A program made the translations under genes and the position numbers. A DNA stretch of 64,000 nucleotides from positions 178,684,001-178,748,000 of the forward strand of contig OX597814.1 in NCBI GenBank assembly GCA_951406725.2, written 5' to 3'. The notes beneath the pieces are model-generated. The model did not search any database and was not told the origin of the DNA. It worked only from the letters and a program-made list of their open reading frames with translations. The DNA comes from Octopus vulgaris. Taxonomy: Eukaryota. Below are positions 24,082-37,929 of the stretch, piece by piece; within the stretch, counting starts at the first letter, position 1, and each line of letters opens with the position of its first letter.

Positions 24082-24430
24082 TTCCTTGGCTCGGCCGTCG
24101 TTCGTGCAACAACTATATTCCTCACCATGCCTGTGAAATCTTTTATCCCTTCCTTAAGGCTTTACTTCCACACACGCCAGCTTAATTTAATTCGTCCTTA
24201 GTCGAAAGACACCTGTTGTTATGTTCTGTTATTTGTATTTGTGTTATATTATCCGTTTTCTGTCCTTGTCTTCGCATACATTCGCTACTTTCTTCCAAGA
24301 AATCTAATGCTCTTCGCTTAGTTTTTCCTTGGGGCTGGCCAGAATGGAGTAATCTCGAGTAAAACCAGCTGAAATTGCAGAGATAATCTGGAACTCGACT
24401 GAGAAAAGAAAACTCCGAATGACCCTTCCC
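24082..24430. mobile_element. Insertion flanked by (TA)n, possible Penelope-like terminal fragment
   Basis: ~350-bp block bounded by TA tracts; decayed CTGAG..A...CGAA motif at 24398-24420. Confidence 0.35.
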
Positions 24431-24809
24431 TATATATGTGTGTGTGTGTGTGCGTATACACAGGTATATTTATACACGCATACATACATGCGAATTTATA
24501 TGAACCATTATAATTTTTTCATTATCGTTATTATTGTTGTTTTGTTGTTGTGGTTGTCTACTTGTAACGTTCACGTTGTCTTGCGTATCCTCCTAGCTGC
24601 AGCCAGTTGCTGAAATTTAGAAATTATAAAATTCTTCTATCGTGCTTTCATTCCCCTCCTGTCACATTTACCCGAAAGAAAGAATGTTGAATTCTTCACT
24701 TGCTACTGTAATCTCATTGTGCAGTTTCACTCGTATATATATGAACGCATACATATGTGGGAGGTAAGGATTTAATTCATGGTAATATTTTAACGAGATA
24801 GAATTTTTT

Positions 24810-27128
24810 TCTCAGTGCAAGCGTGATAACTAAGAATGATTCACCCAGATTTCTTATAAATGTGACCCTGAAAAGTAAGTGATTCAGCTGGTCTGTAGCA
24901 CCAATAGAGTGGAAGAAAAGTGAATTCATCCGTTCCTTTGCACTCATCAGATCCCATTTGGAAAAACTGGATGCCATTTTTAAGAATGGTGAATACCTAG
25001 ATGAAACATTTGGCACAAAGAAAAAAGTTCCAATATTGAAACCCCTTGTGGATGACCCAATATGGAAGGCAACTGGGCAACTTTCAATGAAGATATTCAG
25101 GTTCATGGGGATGAATAAACTGAAAGAAAGGAAAAAGAAAACCTTTAAGAAAAGCAGCCCCAACATCACTTTCCAAAATAGAAGATGTACAGGAACTAAA
25201 CTACAGAAACAGAAATAAAGAAAACAGCAATAAAACGGAGACAAAACGGTACCTGATGTACATACCTAATAGGTAACTACTGACATGGAGAGATGGTGAC
25301 GAACTGCTGCTTTGCAAATCCAAACCTCAGGCAGAATCATGCCCATGGTGAAAATCACTCCCCACTTAACCAACAAGATAGGACAAAACCAAACTCAGAG
25401 GAACCCGTATCAGAATACAGATCTTCAGTGTAGGTCACTAAAAGCCGTGTGTGAATGCAGTGCGAGCTGCAACTGTAAAACAGAAAATCTTTTTAACTGT
25501 GACAGAAAAAATAGTGCAATAGCTGCCATGTTTGCAAAAAGAAAAAAAAATAAGCCGTGCTTATAAAAAATGGTGCAGATAACAAACCCATGATGGCCTT
25601 CATTGCTACAAAGCCGACATTCATATCAATTCTTCTAATAAATATCCGAGGTCTCCTACAAAGCAGCAGCAAGCGCAAATTCCGCACCTGAGGGATCTTT
25701 CTGCGTGCAACCAAGCAATATGCATTGCACTTAAAGAAACACATCTGTCTACAGTCGTACATCATCCAGAGATGCTGTACGCTGTGCAGGGAGAAAAGTA
25801 AGATGGCATTGTACATCGGTAAGGACATCGCACCAATAACTTAAACTCAGTCAGTGAGTCACTCATAGTACATTTAAAGCAATTTGATGTGGAAATATGC
25901 ACATTATACCGCACACCTGATACCTAAAATCACGATGGTAAATTTGATAAAAGCCTTTAAATAATAAAAAAAAAATGCACTAACAAAACTAGATCAAAGC
26001 GTTAATGTACTTCTAATGAATAACATCAACTAGCCCAACATCAGGTGGCCTGAAGCCGACATAATCTCAGGAATGACACGCAAAGACGGCAATCAAGCAG
26101 AATCTATACTTGATCTCACAAAGCTACTCTTCATGGAGCAAACCATACTTCCTCCAACCGGGAACGATAACATATTAGACTCCTGTTTCACCAACAACAT
26201 GGACTTTAAGATATGGCCGACAATCATTTCAGACCACAACATAATAGAACAGACAATATATGGTTCAAAACCAGTTACTGATGTATTGATGTACTCCACA
26301 CAGACGGCACTTAAAATCTATCCAGAGTGAACTGCTACAAGGTTGACTGGAAGTCAAATGAAAAACAGTTGCACCAGCAAAATCGGTTCAAAAGTCCCTC
26401 TATGAAAGACTTTGATATGAAATTTTAAGAATTCATATCAATAGGGAAGAAAGTGACTACATACAAAAAATATAATTCCCCGAGACAAGACTGTCCTTAT
26501 GAGACTGAGAATAAAAATCTCTAATTGCTTAAATAGACAACTTAACGGCAGCAAACACCCCTACTCAAAGTGGTACTTCTAGAGATCGAAAAAAAAAAAC
26601 CAGGCTCTCCAACGAAATGGAAATGGTAGAAAGAGGAACCAAGACGAAGGAAAAACAAATAAAATGAATCCCAAAACCTTCTACAAGTTTGCAAAAGAAT
26701 CTGCCGCAATGTACCAAAAGGTAGGGCCAGTTTGAAGAAGACGGCGCTCTAATGGCAGACCTCCAAAAGGATTGGTGAAGTGCTAAATGGACAATTCTAA
26801 AGCGTCTCCACCTCTTCATTGGGACACATATGCATATAAGCAAGCCTAAACAGTGTTTCAACATTGTAGACCTACATGAGAAAAAGGCAACCATCAGTTA
26901 ATTCTGGACAAATTTCCCTCTGAAATACCAGATGAGCCCATATCCCAGAAGGAGGCACAAAGAAGAGTGGCTCCGTCCAACATGCTACTTCACCAAAAAC
27001 AGTACAGAAAGGAAACCCAAAGACACTGAAAGGCGGTACTCCAGCATGGCCCCAGTCTTTGGCTGAAATCAGTAGACGCTGAAAGGTAAAAAGGTAAAAG
27101 GTAAAAAAAGGTAAAAGGTAAAAAAAAA
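24810..27128 (+). mobile_element. Degenerate, internally deleted CR1-like LINE (ORF1 remnant, AP endonuclease, C-terminus; RT core missing)
   Basis: APE motifs SILLINIRGL, IALKETHL, LYRTPD, NILDSCFTNN, ISDHNII; linker NPKTFYKFAK; C-terminal LDKFPSEIPDEP; tail (GGTAAAA)n. Confidence 0.85.
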
Positions 27129-28198
27129 TGAATTCAATGAAAATTTAGTAAAAAAAAGCTATAAATAATTCCACCCGCAAAAAAAATAAAAAATGCTAGA
27201 AAGGAAAATACAACAAAATATTCCGTCAGTGCAGAACACGTCAGCGGGTTGGTCGATTATGCGAATCTCCCTGTAGCAATCAATCACATCGGGTTAGATT
27301 CAAAGTCAGTGGAGAATTGACAGACATACTGAAATGAGTGATTTTGTAGACAACGGTCTAAAATCTTTATCGAACCTGTAGACAAAAAAAAAAAAGAAAA
27401 GAAGCATATATGTTTTTCAAAATATAAGTAAAAATAGAGGAAAAAAAAAAAGAAACACGCATCTATGAGAAATAAGACACATAATTCAACAAAGTATATA
27501 TATTCTATTTATATCGATTGAGAGTTACTCATAAAATACTCGCCTATAATTTAGAAAAATTCATATTTCGGGGGCTTGCGTCAAAATGTCTCCAGTGAAG
27601 GTAAAACATCGAAAGAAAAATCACGGATACAAATCTTTTTGTATTTTTCCATTCAAATTATGTTTCTGTGCATATCATCTACCGTCTCCTCATAGAAGAG
27701 ATAGTCACAAACACATACACACACATACATATACACACATATCTATACATGAGATGACACAATATGTACGTATTTCAATGTAAATGGTATGAGTTTATAA
27801 TTGATCATTGTATGTACATTAGCATAAAACGCTTTTTTGTTACACAGGATGTAATTATTTTTCTCGAGGATAAGCTTGTGTAATTATATGCAGACAACTT
27901 CTATCTTCATCAATAGGACAGCAGATAGAGACAACTCGTCGCTATAAACTCATCTATATATATATACTGTAGGTTTTCGTAAACTGAGAACGTTGAGTGT
28001 TTTTAAAACGAGGAACCATTTCGTTTTTGATGCAAAATCTTGTAGAAATTATGAATTAATACTTAAAATTGAAACCACAGATTTATAGCTATATCACTAG
28101 AACTCAAAGTCATGATTAAGGTGAGCACGATAGTAAAAATAAAATAGAGAGCGGTGAGGATAGGAGTACACTTGTGTATATATTTAAATGTCTTTATA

Positions 28199-28612
28199 GG
28201 CGGCGAGCTGGTAGAAACGTTAGCACACCGGGCGAAATGCTTTGCGGTATTTCGTCTGCCGCTACGTTCTGGGTTAAAATTCCGCCGAGGTCGACTTTGC
28301 CCTTCATCCTTTCGGGTTCGATTGAATAAGTACCAGTTACGCACTGGGGTCGATGTAATCGACTTAATCCGTTTGTCTGTCCTTGTTTGTCCCTTCTGTG
28401 TTTAGCCCCTTGTGGGTAGTAAAGAAATAGGTATTTCGTCTGTCGTTACGTTCTGAGTTCAAATTTCGCCGAGGTGGACTTTGCCTTTCATCCTTTCGGG
28501 GTCGATAAATAAAGTACTAGTTTTGCACTGGGGTCGATGTAATCGACTTAATCCTTTTGTCTGTCCTTGTTTGTACCCTCTATGTTTAGTCCCTTCTGGG
28601 CAATAAAGAAAT
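28199..28612 (+). mobile_element. SINE family B dimer with 20-bp TSD
   Basis: Two GAGGT(C/G)GACTTTGCC(C/T)TTCATCCTTTCGGG cores; TATATATTTAAATGTCTTTA at 28177-28196 and 28614-28633. Confidence 0.92.
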
Positions 28613-29464
28613 ATATATATTTAAATGTCTTTAGAATGGTGCACTTGAGTGTGAAGAATCTAACCGAAAGAGGTTTTACTGGAAGTCTACTTTTTTTGTT
28701 TAGAAGATAGTTTTTAATATACACCCTACCATTGACTCATGATTGATTTTACATCGCTACCTTTCTATTATCCTGCTGTTGAAGAGAAGAGATATGTCTA
28801 CATATTTACATATATATCCTAGAATTATATTCTAATCCTAGAATTACAATTATATCCTGGAGAAATAATTTGTCTAGAGTATAAATAAATATGAATCTTA
28901 CTATATATGATTTATGTATTATTGATGTAGACTTACACAAATTTATTGAGGTCTTTGGCAGAATTTACAAACATAAATTATTGAGGGATTTCGTCAATAT
29001 TTACAGCTATCTGACACTAAATTTCTTGAGAACAATTTCAAATTTTTAGTCCAAAATTTCAGAGTATTTGATATGAAGAAGATTGTCCAAGAGAGATTTA
29101 ACTTAAAATTTACTGTATATACCTAGTGATTATTTCGAAAAACTGCCTTTCTGATGTATTGCTAATGAATAATAAAGGCATGTATATATTTGTAACTAGT
29201 GTGTCCTTGTTTTATGTAACAAACACTCTTTCAGAAGGGTTTGTTTACTTTCCATAGATGTAACGTTTCAAATATTTGCTACCTTGAATTAGTGTACCAG
29301 TTAGTTTATATAAGTTGTTGATGTAATCGAATTTATTTAGTGCTGCTATTATCGACTCGGAAAGCATGTAGAAAGGCATAAATAGGCGCTATGTTTGTTG
29401 CATTCTACATACGTACATACAAGCAAGTGCATACAAACATTGAAACACACACACATACACATCG

Positions 29465-29710
29465 TTTGGTTATTTCAGCCATTAGAGTGCGGCAATGCTG
29501 AAACACCGCTGTGAATGGTTTTAGCCGATCGAATCTACCCGAGTACATATGTTTTTTTGTTTTTTTTTAAACTGGTTCCCATTCTATTGAATTTTTCCAG
29601 CCGAAACGCTATGTTTCGGCGATGTAAATAAACAAACGAACCAAATCCGGTTATCAAGTGGTGGTATGTGGATGGAAAAATAGATACAATGATAGGCACC
29701 GATACATATG

Positions 29711-29786
<76 letters not shown>

Positions 29787-29950
29787 AAGAGATAGATAGA
29801 TAGATAGATACATACATACATACATACATACATACATACATACATACATACATACATACATACGGCAGGCTTTTTCAGTTTTCTACAACCAACTCTACTC
29901 GCAAAGTTTTCGTTAGTCCAAGGCTATATTAGAAAACACTAGCCAATATC
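29465..29950 (-). mobile_element. SINE family A, diverged, with expanded internal compound microsatellite
   Basis: Reverse-complement similarity to both halves; internal (TA)(GA)(GATA)(TACA) tract. Confidence 0.7.
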
Positions 29951-30425
29951 CATGCATACACATGCACAAACACATATATGCGCTATGATTACTGAGGCAA
30001 AAAAAAATTGCAGTAATTATTCAGGCTGTATGTGTTAACATTTCAAACCATTCGAGACGAATGGTGCTTTTCGTTTTTCGGGTACGATAAGTAAGAGCAT
30101 TGAACTGATAGATTTGCCTGAGTATTGGACGAGATAGTTTGCGGTAATTGTTTTCAATTCTAAGATCAAATGTACTGTGGCCTACTAGGAGGATCACCGG
30201 TTTTAATACCAGTGGTGGGTGCTTGGTTGCTTGCAGAGGAATCAGCTATGTTATAAGCAAAAGCAGTGGGGATATTGGATTCCCTTGCACTTCTCATGCC
30301 TCTCGGTAACCCTGGAATCTATCTGTACAAAGCAAGAAAAACTCACACAATACACACACTCACATACGTAATATATATACATACATATGCACATACTCAA
30401 TACATATATATATATATATGTATGG

Positions 30426-30460
<35 letters not shown>

Positions 30461-30703
30461 ACGGGGAGGAGAGAGTTAGGAAATGTGCATGAATATGTAA
30501 GTACCTGTTTGTAATTAGTTGTTCTACGTATATTGATAAAATGTGATAAGTTTCATATAGAGAAATTTATGAATATAGTGAATTTAAGATGTCAGATCAT
30601 CAATACCGTATCCCTCTCACTGATTTTAGCTCAAATGATAGAGAGAGAATCTGCGTCAGCCCTCGAATAATTACGAGGCCTTTCTCTATGGAGTAATACA
30701 ACA

Positions 30704-31076
30704 TGGTATTATGGTAAACCCGGTGTGAACGAAGTGCGAGAGGAACAAGAAGTATTCAAAAGAGATTAAAAAATAAACAATAAGGAGGAATCACAACCGT
30801 GTTTCGTGGTCTGCCACCACAACAGCTCCTTTATAGGATCCAGCTAGCTCAAGACATCATCAGGAGGAATCACGTTCGGTTTCGGCCCCTACTCCTCTAC
30901 CGTTATGACGTGGCGGGACCCCAATTTCGGAGGTGTCTTCAGATCTCTGTGTTGGGTGCACGTCTTCTTTCTTCTTTCTTCTGTTCCCTGGCCTCTTCGA
31001 TGTATCGTCAGGGAGTGTCAGCCAGTGACTGACTGACTTGTCAAATTTTTTCCCTTTAAATAATAAAAGATACCAC
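30704..31076. mobile_element. Putative solo LTR (GC-richer island)
   Basis: Bounded by TGGTAT...ATACCA; internal direct repeat AGGAGGAATCAC x2; CTATAAAG on the minus strand; no TSD seen. Confidence 0.35.
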
Positions 31077-33737
31077 CTTCTCAAGCCGTTATCTTTGAGT
31101 ATTAGTCTCATGAGAATTAACCACAATATAATAAATAGATTAATCCTCACAGAGATCAATTATAGAGAAGTTTAAGCTACAAAATTGCGTAAGAAGGATC
31201 CGACATTTGAGTATTGAGGACAGGCAACAAATATATTACGGATAAACTGATTTATGCTGACCTCACTGAAGGAGCAGTCTTAAAAGACAAACTTTTCAAA
31301 TATTGAGATGATGCTAATATAACTCCCACAAACCTCCTATGGATTTAATGAATTTCAAGCTAAACACACCGGAAGTTTCCTACATCGCCCAAAACAAGAA
31401 CAATATTTGGGTAGGATAAATACTCTTTTCAACTGTTGCGATACCATACTTTTATTCGGGGTAACCTTAAACGAAATTCCCGTAGAGAGAGAGAGAGAGA
31501 GCATGTCATTGAAGAGATCGCGACATTTTTTTGGCGGACATGACATTGATTGATTACCCGGACGATTGCTAAATCGATCATTTAGTTGGTTAAATAGGCA
31601 ACCAATCGGCATTTTTTCAATGAAGTGAAAGTGTATCAATGCGTGTGATTATTACTGGCGCAATGACCCTTTCGAGATTCAATAATATATTATTTATATA
31701 TTTCACTCATGGATGTGTTGTTTTACTAAATTTCAGTACTTTTATTGCCCGATGTCTTCATCCTGTTACAAATTTTTAATGAACTTTTATTTATATACTC
31801 AGCCATGTATGTCGTAAACCTTAAATTTATAGTGCCTGTTTTGCATGTGTGACACTTTGGCTACCAAACAAAAGACTATTCTTGTTATCATAATTATTAT
31901 TAGCTTCTTTCATAACTTGCTTATTACAAATTGTTCGAATAGATCTTTCAATAATACTCTCCCAAAGCCTAATACTTTTAACCAATACCGACTAGAGGAA
32001 TATATGACTGGTTAATAAGCAACAATATTCGTTCATTCTATATTTTTTTGAAAACATGTTCCCGTAATCCATTTACCATTTGCTCATTTGCTTTTCTCTT
32101 TCCTGCAATTTGTTTCTCTGTCCATATTCACTTATTAAAATTAATTACTTTTGTTATATTTTCTGCTTTATTTTGTTTCTTTCCATCTGTTTCATTCATT
32201 CATTTCTTCATTTTTCCCAGCTTCTCTTATAACCCATATTTCAAATTACTACCGGTCACTACTTATTAAATTATATATGAATATATATATGGGTGTGTGT
32301 GTGTGTGATGTCACACGTTCGGATGCCCTCTACCCAACTGTACTCTCTCCGCTACTGCTACTGTTCTCTGTTCTAGTCCACTCTGCTCTGTGCTAGTCTG
32401 AACTCCTGACGTCTAGGTTTCTCCCTCTATATCTACGTTTTGGGTTAGCCTACTTCATCGTCTGGGGGCGTCCACCCAACAATATATATATATATATATA
32501 AACATATGTAACACCCCCCCACACACACACACACACAAATTACGCATATAGCTTTAGCTTGTCAAGCCGACTCGCTCTCTCTGAAGGAAAGAGATTTTGA
32601 AACATCTGTCCTTGCTGTAATGAAATAATAAACCGAAAGTGATTGTCTGTAATTGTGTGTGAAACTCTAAAAAGTATCACTTTCCGATGATGTAGTGTCA
32701 TATAAGGCTTGTATCATTTTTTCTAGAAATTTTATTGCATAGCACTTCACATCGAAAGACGTGCTGTATTCATTCATTGCAAATAGTTACAATTATTTTC
32801 CATTAACACCTTTTTTCTACACTCATACAATGCATAAAGTACATCACTCTTTATATCCGTGCATTATTTACTTGGCGGTCCAGTTACGTATTCCAGGGTG
32901 ACAAATTTGACCTGTTTGTTTACTTTAAGTAATGCATCTAAAAAGCGGTATTATATGAATAAATATGTTATCTAATGATTAATATTTCATTTGTTGTCAA
33001 GAGATAATAGTGATTTGATGAATATAAATGAGTGGTTGAGATTGTGTTAAAAAGCTTCACATTAGTTAAATGGGTTTTCTTTCATTTTAATATTAATTTG
33101 ACAAGTTCTACCTCACTCTACGAAAACTAAGTTTGCATTTTTTTAATATCTGACGCCAATATGTCTGGCAATCACATCAATAATGTATCTGGCTAATCAT
33201 TCCACTTTAGTGGTTTCACACAGATTTAGAGCGTAAATGATACCAAATGGCCAAGTGGATAAACTATCAAGTCTTTCATGTACCTAGAGTTAAAACTTGT
33301 AAATGCTTTTCATTGATTACATAGCGCTTAATAAAATTGCTGTTTATTACCCAGATTTTGGGTATAGATACGAAACACTGCTCTAAGTAAAACATTCAAA
33401 GGGGATTTGCTTGTCTTTCTAGAAGTATAATTTGTATATTTAATTTTCATACATCAGGTGCAAAAGAAATCTATGCTGTTCAGAGTTCTCATTGAAATCG
33501 TTTTGTTCTTGAAAATAGCAACTTTCAAATATTCTTTCTGTGTTTATACAAGCAATGCAATGAAAATAACTAATCTGATGAATAATTCATAAAGGAAACA
33601 GGTACTTCATCTTCAAAATGCTACGTAATTTTTTTCAGAATGTTGTTTGTAAGGCAAATAATCATAATTATTTATAACCGATAAACAAGCAGCATGTCGT
33701 GTGTCAAATTTAAAGAGACTGCCATCAGTCATATGTA

Positions 33738-33908
<171 letters not shown>

Positions 33909-34358
33909 CCTCATATCTCTGGAAGTTCATATGTACACTATGGATTAAGTCACCTTCTCTGTGATGCTATTAAAACTTTTTTTAAAAATCTGTGATAAGA
34001 CTGTACATCATCTTTAAAGAACTTTAATGAACTTTGGAAATCTGTTTATGTTACTTAATTATCTACATTACTTCATGAGTATAGCCTCAACCACTAAGAT
34101 GTCTAGAGAACTCACATGTATTTTAGCTGATGAGTACGGGACACGTTTATATGCTGCAATTTTTGCAACTTTTAATAAAGCCTGTCTTTGTATGAAACGA
34201 TTGTACTAAAAACTTATCCATTCTTGTTGCTTCTTTCTCGCTTATAATCACCCCACATTACTGTATTGTTAAAACCGTATAGTTTTTTGGTGCATCTAAG
34301 TTAGGTACCATATTCAAGTAAATTCATTAAAATTGACTTGAATCTTTATTGCTTTTTG

Positions 34359-34415
<57 letters not shown>

Positions 34416-34560
34416 TTAGAATAACTTAGAAAGGTTTTGGCCAGTGTTGGCCCAGGTCATGTCTAACTTAATAGCACCACCTGGCGAAACAGGTATATAT
34501 ATATATATATATATGTATACATATATAATACATATATATGTGCGCAGGCGCGTGTGTGTG

Positions 34561-34672
34561 TACGAGGAGGTGGGTAAATGCTCCTGCCTTTGGGCAAGTG
34601 AAAATACAGGGGAATATTAATTATGATTTTATTCAACATATTACCCTCTCAGATTCGCACACTTATTACAGG
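34561..34672 (-). mobile_element. Mariner terminal fragment
   Basis: TACGAGG terminus; minus strand NKCANLRG*YVE; homologous to 1001-1500. Confidence 0.6.
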
Positions 34673-37152
34673 AAATAAATTACCAATATATGTTATTTGG
34701 AAGTTCCAGGTATATTAGTATGTTTTGAACAATAATTTCATGCTTTAGATATTAGAAATTGTAGATTGCCTTACATTTTATACGATGAATAACAGGATTA
34801 TTTTTGCTTTTGTACTTATTAAGAGACATAATCTGGTAGTTATTTCTTGGGCTCAAGATCATAAATCCTTCACTTCGATTTCGCAGTCCCCTACTAATAA
34901 CAAGTTCATATACTTTAATAATATTCTGTATTCTATTAATAGCCGGTAGATATGCATATGTGAAACATCCAGCCTTCTATTATTTTGCCAAACAGAAGGA
35001 AAAATTGAACCTATTGCACCTATTATTTTTGAGATACCTATTCTATAACGATATAATAATGGTTTTGTTTCAGGAAGACAGAAATGTTAGTTTTAATAAA
35101 TAGAAAATTATATTTTGGTTTAAACTTACATGCGTGGAAAAATATTCAAAAGCTCCCTGTGAACTCGAGTGTTGTACCTGATTTGAAGATTCGAATAATT
35201 TAAAATATTACAGTGTTCTGGTGATGCCAAGCTGAAAACATATACTCTGGGTTGATTAGAGCCTTGTGAATGATGAACTCCACAATTTTCGTTATTGATT
35301 TTAGTGTGAAGCGAAAAGCTAAGTTTAAAAACTGAATTCGTTAGTCAACAGTGATCGTATGCACGTTTTGAATTCAGTTTGTAACTTCGTATATCTAGAA
35401 AGATCTGGAAGGAAAGCACATCATTATAGCCGGACATATTGTCTGAGAATGACTTTATTCATAATATTTCTTTCTTTCGTATTTATCAATACAGAAAAGA
35501 AAGTATTTTAACCCTCTAGGTAAAGGAAACATTGAGTCATATTGCAGCGTCTATGGTAATATTTGGTTGTCAACAAGTTTTGAAAGCAGTTATATTTTAT
35601 TAACTACAAAGTAAAACTGTTTTTTGTGATAGCAATTTGATAAAACTACGTGTCAGAAGTGATTGAATCCAAACAGAATAAAAGAAACCGTAAAAGTATT
35701 TATGTTGACTCTTAGTATTACAAAAGATTCCACTTAACTTTGCTCTTGCTTGCAACTATCAAACCAGTAATGGTAGAGGTTGCTGCAAGCCAGCCACCAT
35801 ATTGAATTATAAGAATATTTATTATGAAAGCTGTTAGTGTAACTATTTCACTCAATGAATTCGGCGTTATTGGAAAAGAGGTTCAAACATTTCCCTCTCC
35901 TCCTCTCCTCATCCTTGTTGCTTTTACCTCTTTTTCTCTTCATCATCGCTCTACTATTCATGCAACATTTCTTCGTGCCTATCATAATTCTCATATTCAT
36001 TTTATGGTTCAATTCTTTTCGTTACTTTATTCTATTTCTCGTTTCCAATTTCGTTGTGCCTTACCCGATACTCATAGACTTAGTATTTTATAAATGTAGT
36101 ATATTCATTGTTTAGAAAAAAAGGTCAGAGGTCGTGGCTATCTGCTGGCAGCTATTATTCGAGAAACGAGTTTCTTTCATTAGCTTCCTACTCCAATCTG
36201 TATGTTGTACCATATATGACGAGCAATCTCATCCAAATTAAAAGCAATTATAAGCTAAATAGCTATTAATTGAACTCAGCCTTTAGTTTGTTTCCTGTTG
36301 CAACTTCTATAATTGTTACTAATCAAGCACATCTATGAAACTCATTTATTTCACTTCCAGTTAAAGATCCTAATGAAATTAAATTAAGAGAATGCCTAAC
36401 GGTCGTAATTTTTGTAGATGCTTATGCGAGTGAAGTGCACTATTAAATGTAATACGGTATATTGTTTTGTCACCTTCGGATGTGTGTGGAACTCGTTACG
36501 TGCTTTACTTAGTAAATCATTTAGAAAACAAATGAAAAACAATCAATAACAATATTCTTGTATCTATAAAACATACAATGTTAAATAATTACAAACAAAA
36601 AAAACACAAAAGACATATTCTTTTCGAATTTGTAGAATAATTACGAGCACCTGTATCCATTAATAAGCTAGTGAAGTCCTTTTAAATTTCTGTTTTTCTA
36701 TAACATACAACACAAGTTTTTGTTATAGCAAAAACATAACACGGAGATATTGACGTCATTAATGTATGTCCGTTTGCATTAATAAAGCAAATAAAGCTTG
36801 ATTTTGCATTTTATCCCTTCAAATTAAAATAAGTAGTAGATAAATGGTATTCTAATTTTAAGAAAACTTGGCTCGTAGTCTTGTGTTAATATCACAAAAC
36901 GTCCCAATTTCTTACACACACTGTTCTTTTATTATAAATAATGAAGACCTACAGTTTTAAAGGGAACATTTCTACATTATTAATGTTACCATCATACATT
37001 TGGCGCACACTTTATTGATTGTAGGGAGCTGAAAGGTAGAAGAACTTAACAGAATGTGAACGTAGAACTTGGCGAAAACTATACCACATTTTGTAAACTA
37101 CGCTACCAAGTATATAACTGTACCAATATTATCATTCAACGATATGATAGCT

Positions 37153-37188
37153 ACAACAGAACAACAACAACAATAATTACTACTACTA

Positions 37189-37226
<38 letters not shown>

Positions 37227-37352
37227 ACAACTGCTGCTACCACCACTACTTCTACTATTACTACTACTACTACTACTAATAATAATAATAATAATATTAA
37301 TAATAATACCAATAATAATAACAATAATAATAATAATAATAACAATAATGAC

Positions 37353-37419
<67 letters not shown>

Positions 37420-37440
37420 GAAAGAAGAAGAAGAAGAAGA
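37153..37440. repeat. Compound trinucleotide tract (ACT)(GCT)(AAT)(GAA)
   Basis: Direct reading; source of ORF 37056..37454. Confidence 0.95.
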
Positions 37441-37444
37441 ATAT

Positions 37445-37690
37445 ACCTTCGTAGTAATAAAGCCTGAAATTTGGTGGAGTGGAACAGTCGAAGAGTGACT
37501 CACATTGTCAGATCTTGTGAAGGTCTTGCGCAGAAAGAGTACAAGCGAAGACACGGCAAGGTAGCTCAAAAACTTCACTGGCTATTGTGCCGGAAGTATG
37601 GAAACGAGGTAACGGGTGTTTCATACCAACATACAACAGAAGAGGTAAGGGACGAAAAGAGGAAAGGCAAAAATCTTCTGACGAGAACAA
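37445..37690 (+). mobile_element. R4/Dong-like LINE fragment (zinc knuckle to RLE region)
   Basis: HIVRSCEGLAQKEYKRRHGKVAQKLHWLLCRKY matches the HIxxxC..LA..EY..RH..VA...HW.LC signature; directly follows (TAA)n/(GAA)n. Confidence 0.8.
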
Positions 37691-37897
37691 AGTGATCATT
37701 CACAATGTTCGAAATCACTGTGATTTGGGTATGTCTCATTTTTCGCTTTCGATTCTTTTTGTCTATGGTACATCGTCTTAAAATTTTACTGCTCGTTCCC
37801 TCAATTTCGCCCTTGTATAGAAATGAAAACTGGTTTTGAGCCATTTTGGCTGCTATTTTTACAATGCTGGTGCTACAAGAAGTACCATTCATTATTG

Positions 37898-37929
<32 letters not shown>

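Noticed and set aside
32309-32481. Solo LTR (TGTCAC...CCAACA)
   Set aside because: Short, with no TSD, no clear inverted termini and no second copy in the window
32575-32620. CTGAAGG...GAAAC-atct-GTC
   Set aside because: Core mismatch and no stem I; at most a decayed relative of 24398-24430
33570-33610. CTGATGA...GAAAC
   Set aside because: Intervening sequence cannot form stem II
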